Positions 13,209 to 26,140 of a stretch of 64,000 nucleotides of DNA are shown one piece after another. Source of the stretch: Trichinella spiralis (lineage: Eukaryota); NCBI RefSeq assembly GCF_000181795.1, contig NW_003526941.1, positions 3,869,348-3,933,347 of the forward strand, in the 5' to 3' direction. The translations under genes were made by a program, and so were the position numbers. The notes under the pieces are model-generated. The model made no database searches, had not been told where the DNA came from, and saw nothing but the letters and a program-made list of their open reading frames with translations. The first letter of the stretch is position 1. Every line of letters starts with the position of its first letter.

Positions 13209-15796
13209 TCATGCTTCTGATGGGCTGGATTGTTTCTTTCTTGGGGAATTGTTCAGTCGACGGCTGAAAAAGAAAAAAACATCACGACAAAAATATTAGC
13301 ATCTAACTTTACACATATTCGAACAATTTTCTTTAAATTTTAAACAGTTGTACAAAATAATATATATTTTTCATCAATAATACTTAAAAAAAGTCCTCTA
13401 CAAATAAATAAAAAAGAAAATCGCATGCTGATAAAACAATATCGTCTCCCAGTTTTGCTCACTCGGAAAATTTTTCCGCGTCAGCTAACGTTTCTGCTAA
13501 GTCGTGGCCAGCAGTTTCAGGTAATAAAAGCGTCAAACCACCAGCGATCAGCGCAATCGCGCTGTACAACAACGACATCAAAACAGCATAATCTTCAGCC
13601 TGAAATACCAATAATAATAAGCAAACAAACATGTAAACATATAAACAGAATAATTTTCACCAGCCACAAAGCAAAGTAAGATGCAGCAAAAGAACCAATT
13701 CGACCAATCATGCTGCACAAGCCCATGGCTGTGTTGCGCAACACTGTTGGAAAAAGTTCCGAAGTATACGTATAATTGATCGCATAAACGCTGGCAAGAG
13801 CAGATTTGGCGAACAATACCAACAACAATTTAATAATTGTATTTTCTAAAAAAAATCATATTTTTATTTAAATTATTATTAAATTGCAACTGCTTGCAAA
13901 CAGATTCTTAAAACTGGTAACGTAAGTACAGAAATACTTTTAATTATTCGCTGAATTTATGAAACATTCTTTCCTACCGTACTTAAATTATCCAACAACA
14001 AGAAGAAGAGGAAAAAGAACAGAAGTGTTTCATACCGGCAGGAACTACCAACGTCAACAGCATCAAAGTAGCGCACAAAACGAAACCGAAAATCAGCATC
14101 CAACGACGTCCAATACGATTGATCGCCAACAGCACAACTATCAAAAATGGCAGTTCCAAAAAACCCCCAATTATAAATGACAAATTGATGTCTCCGCCAA
14201 GAAAACTTGGATTAATTGACAACGCGTAATATACGCAAGCAACAGCGATCCTGAGATTTAAGAAAAAATAACATTAAATAATTAAATGGACAAACAAATG
14301 GAATATATCTGATGCAAATTTACCAAATGTAAAACGCGACCAACATTCTCTTTCTGAGTGACTGAGAGCGAAACAAATCAGTCGCCGTTGCAGTGGCTCT
14401 CTTATTTTCGCAACCATTTTCTGATATTGGCTGAAATCAATTAAAAACTTCAATGCTGTTGCTTATTTATTCTGTCTGAGCTTTTACTTCCAATTCAATG
14501 CTTTCGACTATTTCACCAGAAACAGTTCGACCGTTAAATTTTGCGGCTCTTTGTAATATTGCGGCAGCTTCTTTATATCTCCGCTTGCTCATCAACCACC
14601 TAGCTGATTCAGGTACTAACCTTCAAAAAAATTCAATCAACACATAGTAAAATTATTATTATTATTATTATTATTGGTATTATATTTTTGTGAAAATAAA
14701 AAAAATCCATACCACCAATAGGAAAAGAAAATAATTCCAGGTATGGAGATGGCCAGTTGCAAATATTGATATTCAGTGAAGAGATATGCCATAGCGCCGA
14801 GAAAAACTTGACCAAGAGAAAAGAAGGCACTGGAACCAACGCCGGCATAAATTCGTTGCTTTGGTCCGACAAGTTCAGTTCCTGAAATAAGCAAGAAAAA
14901 GAAATTCATTTGCTTTACATATGAAATGAAATATAATGAAGAATTTTGCATAAATACCGATGACGACGGCAATGACAAAAATGCCCGGATGCGAGAAGCC
15001 CAATCCAACGCGAAACAACGCAACCAAAGGCCAGTAGGGAACCACGGCAATCATAGAACCGCAAAACATCTGCAGTATGATGGCGACAAAGAAAACCACT
15101 TTACGTCCAAATCTATACAATTTTAAGAAAAAAGATGAAAAAAGCATTTTCCAAACAAGAAGAATGAAAAAAACAATAATCTCTACCGATCAGACATTGT
15201 TCCACATATGAATGAACCAAAAAATTGTCCAATGTAGTAGACAGATTGAATGAATGAACGTACCCATTTCTGGTCGCAGACAAGTGACCACTTTAAAGAT
15301 AATTTATGCTTATTTTTAAATAAAGAACAACGATATATTTTATAGGACAAACCTTGGTAACGGCAGTTGAAGTGTAAGCTGACGGTTTCCAACGATAACC
15401 ATCAATGCAAGATTCCAATTCCGCATCTTCGGGTATTGTTTCCTGAGAATAGCTGACATTTTTGTACCTGAGACAAGAGCTTCCGGACTGGTCCAAAAGA
15501 TTCGACGACCAATTTGCAGCAAGCTCATAAGGAATAGTATCATTTTCGCCAACGTACAGACATCTGCAGTGCAACAATTGTTCATCTCATCAATCAATAT
15601 GCTTGAATTTAATCGCATTCCAAAATACTGATGCGATGCTTGAAGCTTACCGATGTGGAAGTACTTCGGATGTGAAAGTCCAAGACAGAACGTGCATGGA
15701 TGTGATAATGACTGGCAAGTTGACCAGAAAATACTGCACTTGTTGATAGTGACCAAATTCACCAACATGATCTCGCAATAAATCTTCGAATTTCAT
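13209..15796 (-). CDS. SLC22/organic cation transporter-like MFS transporter, multi-exon
   Basis: Starts MKFEDLLRDHVGEFGHYQ. Spliced exons give WSLVCD, SDR|FGRK, ELVGPKQR, PESARWL, RIGRRW, YTSELFPTVLRNTAMG and LLPETAG, all typical SLC22 motifs. Stop TGA at 13209-13211. Confidence 0.9.
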
Positions 15797-18700
15797 TCTC
15801 ACTTCTCTTCACTGTGATTTTGAACAACTGAAAAAGTACAAAATAAAAATGCGAACTTTTTTCATTATTTCACACAATTTGAAGAAATGCTACAGCGCAA
15901 ATGCATCAAAACAATGAAATTATCATCATCATCACTGTTTTCAATACAACAATAATGTAATTTTGTTTGTCAGCAAAAAAAAACGTTAAAAATGATTCAC
16001 TCCATTTTTCGCCACATACTATATTCATTGTCAAAACTACTTTAAAATATTCAACACGCGCAGGGAGGGTAAAAAGATACAGAATGAAAAGATCAATAAA
16101 AAACTTTTGCAATATATTACTGTATTCATTGTTGTGAATAAATTGTCTACCGTATGCTACTTTGTTTGTAATAGCATTGTTTGTAAAATTCTTACAGTTG
16201 ACCAAATGAAGTGACAATAATTCACTCACAATTGAAAAGATTTATATAATTAATAAAAATTAATTAAAATCAAGTGCATTCTGTGTACCGGTTGTTTAAA
16301 AAGAAAAAAAATTTCAAATTAGGCCTCTTTGATGCAATCAAATTCTACTTCGGTATCGACATTTCAAGTAAAATATGTTCAAAGTGAATAATTTTATGTG
16401 GAAAAATGTGCAAATACAGTTCAATTATAAAAAAAAAACGGTCATAAAACGACCAAATGCCAAATATCGACTGTGAAATAAAAGCAACTTATTTTGATAA
16501 ATTGTTCCAAGCATGCTTGCTAATGTTTCTAAATTTGAAACAAACTGCAAATCAACCTGTTGGGTAAATTTCAAAGGTGCTTTGAAAACGAGTTTTACAA
16601 TAACGTTAACAGCAGCAACACATACAAATTGAACAAAAAGCAAAAAATATCAAACAAAAATGCAGCAAAATTAGTGAATTAAATTAAACAACCAACAATC
16701 ATATTTGTTTGCTCCATCAAGCAAATTATTACTACTGCAATAAGTTGAAATTTTTTTCAATTCAATTTTCTGACCAAACAAATATAAACTATTTTGACTA
16801 ATTGATATAAAGCTAAATGTTGCCTAGTTCGTATGTCTGCCGTCACTAATAAAATAATACGCTATGGTATGCAATTTTTGCTAACAAGCCTCAATTTTTC
16901 TGTAGAAACGTTTATTAAAAATGTAACATCTAAACCGTAATAAATTTATCATGATTGTTAAAATTATTTGTTCAAATGAGCAAATACAAACTGAATAAAT
17001 TTGAAGAACATTATCAAAATAATTAATTTAATGCTTGGATTATTCGTACATGCTTTAATCATCACCACGTTGCTTATCCAATCTATTTCAAAAAACAGTA
17101 CAAAAGAATTATGAAAAAAATACAAAAATTACCGCATATAAAAAGCAGTATGTACAAATGAATAAAAACCCTCGATTAAAAATAAACAAACAACTGTCAA
17201 AGACTTTGTTTTAAAATACATCCAAAAAAAGATTTCTATTTTATAAGTTAACAAACTTAAGTAAAGAAATTTTCAAATATTGAAAATTAAATCTCAAAAA
17301 ATCAAAAATTCAAAACAATTGAAACAAAGCAACGCAGAATAATTCTTGTTTACCTCGAAATGAAATTTTTATAATTTTGAATAATCGCGAAACAATTTTT
17401 CACTTGCAATCATCATTCTCCCCTAATACTGTGACCGTAAATTACAAAAATATATGCACAAAATAACAATCATTATTACTGTAAAGTAATCAGGTAAACT
17501 ATGAGGCACTCAAATCATTACAAGCAAAACAATACAGAACAGCAGTAGTATCTGAATGAACAACAACGAACAGCAACCAGATAAACTTCATCATCTTTTA
17601 AGCAATAAACATTGAACAAATAATGCATTTCTTATTTTTCACATTTAACAAATTAAAAAGTGTACTCTAATTCTAAACAAATTTATTTGTATCGAAAAAT
17701 TAAACTTAATTAATTAATTTAAAAAATATGAATTCTTCAAAGAAAACAAAAAAAATACAATTTAACTACTGTCACCAAACAATGCATGACTGTAAATTAC
17801 TGTTGGCAACCATATAAGTATGGTTGAAATTGAAATTTTTCAAATTCAATTGAAAATGCACAATAATATTGCTTAATTAATTAACTTCGTTTGATCATTT
17901 TGTCTAATTTTGTACAAATCATTTTTCTTCAATTAATTATAATCAAATAAACTAATGATTGTGGTGTTTTATAATCTTCTGTTTTATTTACAAACTGCTG
18001 CTACGGCAAACACAGGCTTGTATGCTGATGATTGTGTGATCAAATTAGAGTTGTTTGAATATTTGATGTTTAAAAAACACAGATTTGACGATTTTCCAAA
18101 TTCATTTCTACGCGCAACAATTTCTACTTCAATAAATAAAGCTTTAAAAAATGCGAAATGCCCATTAAAAAAAAGGTACATGCGAAAAAATACAATTACA
18201 GTAAGAAGTTGTAACAGCCAAGTTCAAATTAAAAACTACTGTCAAGTAGATTATTTCATTGTGATTATTGTTGTTTGGACAAAAGAAATCTTAGTAAGCA
18301 TAGTTGGAATAAAAAGAATTGTCAATTTACCAATTGAGAAAAATATTCCATGAAATATGTTCACCTGTTGCACTAATTTTTCCCATTCAATCTTTTATAA
18401 TTAATCTCAATTTTTCATTGGATGAAATGATTCAAAAATATCATAGAAATCAATTAGTAATGCTTATAAACACACGTCAAGACATCAATTAACCAGCATA
18501 CGCCTGGCAGGGAAATTAGTTTTCGATCAAATGCGAGTTTGTCACACATTCTTCGAAATTGTTGAAAAATAGCTGCTCTCGCTGAAAAGCGTGCTTTATC
18601 GTGGAAATTAAATTTCAGAAAACAACACATTCACTTGAAAACAGACAATCAATTTGCTAAATTCACTTTATCTGAAAAGCACAGCTCAAGAAAAAATACT

Positions 18701-19738
18701 TGTGTCATTAGACATTAGAGCACAAAGTCCACCTTTCTTAACTAAATTCAGTCTCTAGTAATGAGAGCTTGAAATTTTGTTCACTACAGCACACGGTTCG
18801 TTTGCATCAGTGTTAAGCTTGATTAATTCTAGCTGACAAAACAAAATACAGACGAAAAAAACATACGAACATACAAATATATTCACCTCGAAGTAATAAT
18901 TATTGTGCAATGAAATCGTCGTTCAGTGTTATCGTGCACAACAAATGAAAACCATCTATCTCGCCCTGTAGCTGTATAGAAAGTATGCTTTTAAAAAACT
19001 GTTTTACTTTTAAATTCGAATTCCGCCCCTCTCACCCACAAGAAACATTTTTTCTCCAATCCAGTATGCTTAACAACTGATGAATCAAAAAAAAGAATAA
19101 AGCATTTCTGAAATTCAATTCAAATACGTCAAATGTGTAAATGATGAGCAATAATTGGAGAAGAAAATCTCAACCTGCATGAAGTTTGAATAAAATTTCT
19201 CTTTCAATGCTGTTAAAAGCGGTAATGAGGAAATTTATTTTCAGAATTTTTAGAGTTTTTAATCACAAAACAGAAATGTTTTCCAAAAGCAAGCCGGAGG
19301 AGTTTCCTTTTGGCTTATTTTTTTTCTAAAAACACATTTCAAATCGCTCCCTTCTTCTTCTTCTTCACAACTTTCGAAAAATAGATGCATTAAAATGTGA
19401 TTTCTTCCCGTCCATTATTTTCTTTCTCAAAGTAAATGTGAAGAAAACAAAAATGCAGATGTAGAATAATTGCTAATAGCACACTGCTCAGCGTGGCAGT
19501 GTTGGTGGGTAATTTACGTTCCAGCTGCAGTTAACCAATCTTAGGAGAGACACATTTTGTTGTTCGTCGTCGCTTGTTTGTCAGCGTTTCTTGCTTTAAT
19601 AAAATATCTAACGGGCAAAACTGAACACGCTTCAAAATTACGTCGTGTGGAAAGCATGAATAATTTTCACTACTGAGCAAATTTTGTCTCGATATACACG
19701 AAAAAAACAGATATATATATATATATAAAGCCCTGACG

Positions 19739-22700
19739 ATGGTTGTCCAAGATGAAGCATTTGTCGACGTTGGAAAACAAGCAGGCCTTCGAATTTGGAG
19801 AGTCGAAGTTATTTAATGAAGAACAATAATAATTAATGTTGATTATTTTTTTTACAAATTGTTCAATTGCAGCAATTCAAAGTTGTGCCGGTTGAAGAGA
19901 AAGAATACGGTTTCTTTCACGAAGGTGATGCTTATATCGTGCTCCACGTGAGTGACAGAAGAAGCTTTCTTGACTTCATCCGATTATTTCACCATACAGA
20001 TTATTATTCTAGACATCAGACAAACTGCAGCATCACATTCATTTTTGGCTCGGCAGAAAGTGCACACAGGTGACAAATTACACAACCTTATATTATGTAA
20101 ATTCATCATGTAATTTGAAATTCAAGGATGAATACGGCACTGCGGCTATAAAAGCAGTCGAACTGGACGATTTGCTTCTCGGTGAACCGATTCAAGTGAG
20201 AGAAATTCAATACCATGAAACGGACCGTTTCTTGTCTTACTTCAAAAGTGGTATTCGGTACGTGGTATATATCATTTTTCATTCAAATTTACTTTCTCCG
20301 CAGTCAGCATAGTTTAATGCTTGATTTAAGAAATTTAAATTTCTTGCAATTCACAAAAAGTAGGAAATTAATTCAAAAAAATGTATATACAAATTTATAA
20401 GATGTAAAAAATGCAAAATTGTATTAAGCTACCTGCAAGGTGGCGTCAAATCAGGATTCAAAAGCGGGAAAAAAGAAGAGAAAATACGCTTGTTCAAAGT
20501 GAAAGGTAAACGTCGATGTCGAATTCAGCAAGTAAGTATACGAAAACTGATGTCACTGTAAAACAAAGCATACATGTGTTGTCTGTTATTCGATCAGATT
20601 CCTGCCCATGCTTCATTGTTGAATAATGGAGATGTATTCGTTTTGGATACTGCACGAAACATCTACATCTGGTGCGGTGCAAACAGTTCCCGCATCGAAC
20701 GAGTTCAAGTGATTATTTGCATTCATTTTCATTGTTAAAAAACCTTTCTTCTAAAAATTATAAAAAGCTAAACAACAGTCGCTTAAATCAGGGAATGGAG
20801 TTTGCCAGAAATGTACGCGATCACGCTCACAACGGCAAATCGCAGATTCAATTAATAGAACCGAACAGCAACAATTGTGGGATATTTTTTCAACATTTGG
20901 GTGTTGATGCGAATTTCAAAGTGACCAGACAATCCGACGATATTGATGATGCAGAATTCGAAAAACAACGAACGGTAGAAGTGAAACTGTTTCAGTAAGT
21001 TGTTTCACAATTGAAAACATACGGATCATTTTTTCACCCAGGAATCATTTTCAGTGTATACGACTCAGACGGCAAAACGAACGCTGTCGAAATTACCAAG
21101 CGACCATTAACATCCAGCTTGTTAGATACAAATGTACATTTGAATCAAGCAAAATTTATTTCGCTCTTTTTTAAAATATTAATATGACAAAGTCTACAAA
21201 TTATAGGATTGTTTCATTGTCGATATGGGCAATTCTGGAATATATGCTTGGGTTGGTAAAAAGTGTTCAGAAAATGAAAGACGCAACGTATGGAATTTGG
21301 CAAATGTAAATTTGAAAAAATGAACCGAGTGAAACAAAATATAAAATTAGTTGAAAATTTTCAGGATTTTTTGAAACAACGAAATTACCCTTCGTGGATC
21401 AGTGTGACGAAAGTGAAAGAAGAAGTCGAACCACCGCTATTTAAGGCCGCTTTCGTGTGGGAGGACAAAAATGCAACGCCAATTTTGAATGTTGCCGTTG
21501 GAAAAGGTATATTACTTAGGGATGTCAGCATTTTTTAAACTATTCAACCAGGAAAATATCGAAAAATAAAAAAAAATTTTTTGTACTATTTCCAATGATG
21601 GATAAATGATACTGCTTTTACAGGATTGGAAAATTTGAAAGCATTCGATAAAGAAAAAAAGCACTCAGTTGAAGTATTAAAATGAATTTTTTGGAAATTG
21701 TTAATTTAAAAAAAATCCTAAAAAGAAAATACTTTCTTTTTATACAGGCATGGCGAATTGACGACAAGGGTCAACTGATTCCAATATCCAATGATAAGAT
21801 GGGAATATTGTACGCCGACGAATGTTTCCTGTTTCGACATCAGGATGCCGGTGGCAATGATTACGTGCACCTTTGGCAAGGTGCGAAATGTAACGTCAAC
21901 AGAAAACAACAAGCTAAACAAGCGATGGATAAGATCAGTTCAGAACACCGAAACGGAAAAGCTGCCCAAGTTGGTTTTGAATAATAATAATAAAAAATAT
22001 TTGGCACTTTTTCTCTGAGCTTAAACAATTCACATTTTACAAAGGTTTACGTCAAACAAGGTAAAGAACCAGAGCGATTTTTGAAACTGTTCGAAAATGA
22101 AATTGTTATACTGATGGTAATTATTCACTTCACCGTTGAAATTATCACAAATTACGATCAAAGACGCATTAATTTTCTCAGGACAGCAAACAAGTTATAA
22201 ATAATAATAATGATGATGATGAAGATAATCATCTGTTCAGAATAAGAAATGGATGCGCAGTTCAGGTGAGCATTATTTTCTTTCGAACAAAACCACTTTT
22301 CAAGGAAGAAAATATTTTTCACCTCTTTTCTCAAAATACATAATATTATTATCAATAATTGTGATAATTAATTGCTGACAATCAGGTAAAAAGAGAAGCA
22401 TCATCTTTGAACAGCAATGACGTTTTCGTTTTGGCAGCAAAAGAAATAGTCTATCTGTGGCAAGGAAAAGGTGCTAGTCAAATTGAAAAAGATGTAGCAC
22501 AACGATTTTTCAACCATTTTTATTCTACCAAGTAAACAAAAACTTGTTGTTCACTTACATCTTTGCCATACTCATTGATAATCTCATTGAAGAAAAAAAT
22601 GCTTGAATGTAATGGAAGGTTTTGAGCCACAGAATTTTTGGGATGCTATCGGTGGAAAGGCAGCTTACGCAAGCAGTAAAGCATTGCGAGTGCGTGAAGT

Positions 22701-23678
22701 ATACAAGTAGATTATTTTCAAAATTAAAACCAACTACATGCCTACTAGAATCCTAATCTTCCTGCTCGGTTGTTCCACTGCAGCGAAACTAACGGAATAT
22801 TTGACGTAGAAGAAATTGTATCCTTCACTCAAGAAGTGAGCAACCAAAATGCCATGTCGTTCATGTAGATGAAAAATGTATTTTCGCAGGATCTATACGA
22901 AGATGATGTGATGGTTTTGGACGTTGGCGACGAAGTATTATTTTGTACTTTTTTTATCGAAACTATTCCATTTTTTTCTTACAGATATTTGTATGGATTG
23001 GAAAAGAAGCCAGTGAAATTGAGAAAAGAAAAGCCTGTGAAAATGCACTAGTAAGTAATTCTTTCTTACTTAAATTTTAATTGAGAAAAAAAACAACTAA
23101 TATTTGCATTTAAAATTTGAATCCACTGCTTCAAATGTTCGTTATAATTTACATTGTGTTCACAACAGAATCTAGTTGACTGCGATGCTTCTTCTCGAAC
23201 CAGAGATACTGTAACGATAATTGTCGTACAACAAGGATCAGAGCCGTTAGATTTCATCGGTCATTTCCCCAATTGGGATCCTGATGAATGGAAGGTTAAC
23301 AATCCCGTATATACAATTGTAATTTATTAATTTCAACAGACACTTTGTTCAGCAATCGATCACAGATGCCGACGTGGAATGCGTATTAAAGTGGGAAAAT
23401 GATCGTGCCCGTTTGGCTAGTGTTTACGAAGAAAAATCGAAAACCTACCCAGTAGAACTACTGAGAAATGCCGAAACTCTTCCACCAAATGTGGATCGTG
23501 GCAGGCGAGAGGTAACAGCAAAACATCCGAAAAGCAGAATAATGAAAAAAAAATTTGTTTTAAGGAATATTTATCAGCAGAAGATTTTCAAAAATTATTT
23601 AAAATGCCAAGAGGAATGTTTGACCGTTTACCATTGTGGACTAAAATGTCTCTTAAGAAGAAGGTTGGTCTGCTTTAG
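19739..23678 (+). CDS. Villin-like actin-binding protein (gelsolin repeats plus C-terminal headpiece), multi-exon
   Basis: [35 protein letters not shown]...[42 protein letters not shown]. Headpiece YPVELL...[14 protein letters not shown]...[16 protein letters not shown], stop at 23678. Confidence 0.92.
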
Positions 23679-24719
23679 TTCCCAATGGGCATGCGATCGT
23701 TTACCAGAACGTAGAGTTAATTACGTAACATTTCAAGTGATTCATTAGTTGAAGTTAATTACAAGACAAACATAGAAATAATACAGCATCCACGAATTCT
23801 AAAGTATAAATTGATCTGTTTGTTCACTTTACAAGAACGAACTACAACTATATGCTAATTTTTGGTTCAAATACAGACAGACACACGCAAATTAATTTTC
23901 AAAATCTTTTCCTCCCTTGATTTCACAACCGATTTAACAATGACGCATTTACGCATCTTTGAGATATCGAATCAAATATCAAATACAAAAATAAATAAAT
24001 AAAAACATAAACTTACCATTAATTGCTTGATTGCATCATTGGTTTCTCATTTGTACTCATTCGGCTGTTCACAAATAAATCTAATTCTTCAGTGAAAACG
24101 TATGGAAAATCTGAAATTAAAAACAGATCAAAATATAGAACAAATCAAAATAATAAATTTATCGCGCTCGTCATAGTTTTCAAAACCATTCTCATAATAA
24201 TGGCATGCTTATTACAGGTACAAGTCACTGCAACGATCGCATTTCAAACACTTCAGCTATACTGTAGTTTGCAATTTAAGACAAAGGCACAAATAGGCTA
24301 CGTTTGACGCATGCGTTAAAAAAATAAAATTAATTTAATCATTCATGCTTTTCAGTTGAAACTGAAAAGGAAAAAAATTCCAAAAAAGCATTAAATAACA
24401 TTATTAACGCAGAAAATTCAAAAAAAAATTCGTTCAACAATTTCAAATAATTGTGAAACGTAAAAGAACGAAGATGAGTGGAAAAAAGAAAAATGAATAA
24501 CGAAACTTCTCCAATATCTCTAGATATTAATTAATTGAAAATTATTTTGACAAAATATTATTTTTGGTTTAATTTAATCTGTACATCTGCAAAAAATATC
24601 CTGATCAATGCACGGGCGTGATATTTGTATTGAAAATATGCGAGCAAATCGTTCGTTCAAATGATGAAAAACTACAGTCGACAATACATGCAGAATGCGC
24701 AACGTACATTATTTTAGCA

Positions 24720-25271
24720 CTAATCCAGCTGGGTTGGTTCAACACGGGGCAGAAATTTGCCGTCCATTCGAATGACAACGCGTCGTTCTCCACTTTTGCC
24801 CGGCGCCTCAGAAAGCGTCATTTGAAAATCAATCGCCGACATGATACCGTCTCCAAATTTTTCCTCAATCAAACTTTTCAAACTTTTGCCATACTGTACG
24901 ACCAGTTCGTGAAATCTGTACACGGCGGGATCGTGCATCAGCAACGGGTCGGCAATACGCAACGGACAGCGTTGCATTTCACGCAGGTCGTCATCTTGCA
25001 AAGCTGGAACAAGCTGCTTCAACGTAGCTGCTAATTTCGGACTCAGACGGGCTTGGTTGTGAAAAAGCTGCGCACAGTGGACGTTCGTAATTTGACATCT
25101 CGACGCGATTTCGTCAAACGTCAAGCCGGAATCCAATTTCGCCTCAAGCAAACGTTTCACGAGATTCTGCTTGTCTTCGACGGTACAAATTGAACTAGCC
25201 GATCGGCTTGAATTCAAATTCGACAACAATTTAGCACGACTGAAATGAAATAATCTAAACACCACCGACAT
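24720..25271 (-). CDS. cynS: Cyanase (cyanate hydratase), intronless CDS, plant-type sequence
   Basis: Single ORF with DPAVYRFHE, FGDGIMSAIDF and GKFLP cyanase signatures (catalytic Arg/Glu/Ser positions present). First ATG at 25271; the ORF-track start at 25301 is a non-ATG codon. Confidence 0.95.
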   Translation of the reverse strand: MSVVFRLFHFSRAKLLSNLNSSRSASSICTVEDKQNLVKRLLEAKLDSGLTFDEIASRCQITNVHCAQLFHNQARLSPKLAATLKQLVPALQDDDLREMQRCPLRIADPLLMHDPAVYRFHELVVQYGKSLKSLIEEKFGDGIMSAIDFQMTLSEAPGKSGERRVVIRMDGKFLPRVEPTQLD

Positions 25272-26140
25272 TGACTCGCTTGAAAACCTCAGTTCCACCA
25301 ATTTATTACATTACCTTACAAAATTACAAAATTGATTTTCAGGCTACATTTTCAATTTCAAGGAAACAACCAATATTTTAAAAATATCAACAGCTAAGTT
25401 GCTACTAAATCACTCATTCATAATAGCCAATGCTCATAATTCGTTCTTTATTTATTCACTTAAAATTTACCCCGAAATGGATAAAACGACAAACTGTACT
25501 TGAGCAAGCAATGCACTAGAATTTCCACATCAGCTGGTGGATATGTTCAGTTGACATTTGAACGATCACACTGCTAACAAAATCATGCATTCAACTTCAT
25601 GCAATGTTTTCACCATAAATTAATGATTTCAAAAATTCTCCACCAACATAAAAAGCAAATGATAGTAATTTCATGATACTCAAGTATAGTTGTATTAATT
25701 TAAATTTCTTTAAATATCATTTAACATAAAATGTATTACAAATGGTACAAAACAATGAATGCAAATTTCCAACACTGCAACATTGCTTTTTGTAAGCAAA
25801 AGAGAAGTACTGACTGAATCTTACCAATGTAACAATCTCACCACTTATTACATTATTCTACAATTGCAAATTAGATACTAAAATTACACTTGTTAAATAA
25901 ATATAATTAAAAATAGAAAAAATACTTACAATGAACGAAGAAATGAGTGAATAATTAAATCTTTTTGCTCTTGTTATTATTTCGTAAAGTTAAATTTTAT
26001 AAATTTCTCTTCAACAGAGCAACGCAAAATGCCGCTGAGCAATGATCATGGAATTTGCATAAATAAAATGTTTGCAGTGATGATATAATACGAATAATAA
26101 TAATTGTTATTATTACTATTATTATTGTTTGGCAACAGAA

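Noticed and set aside
17955..18353. 132-aa plus-strand ORF between the transporter and villin
   Set aside because: AT-rich, with no recognisable domain or supporting exon structure.
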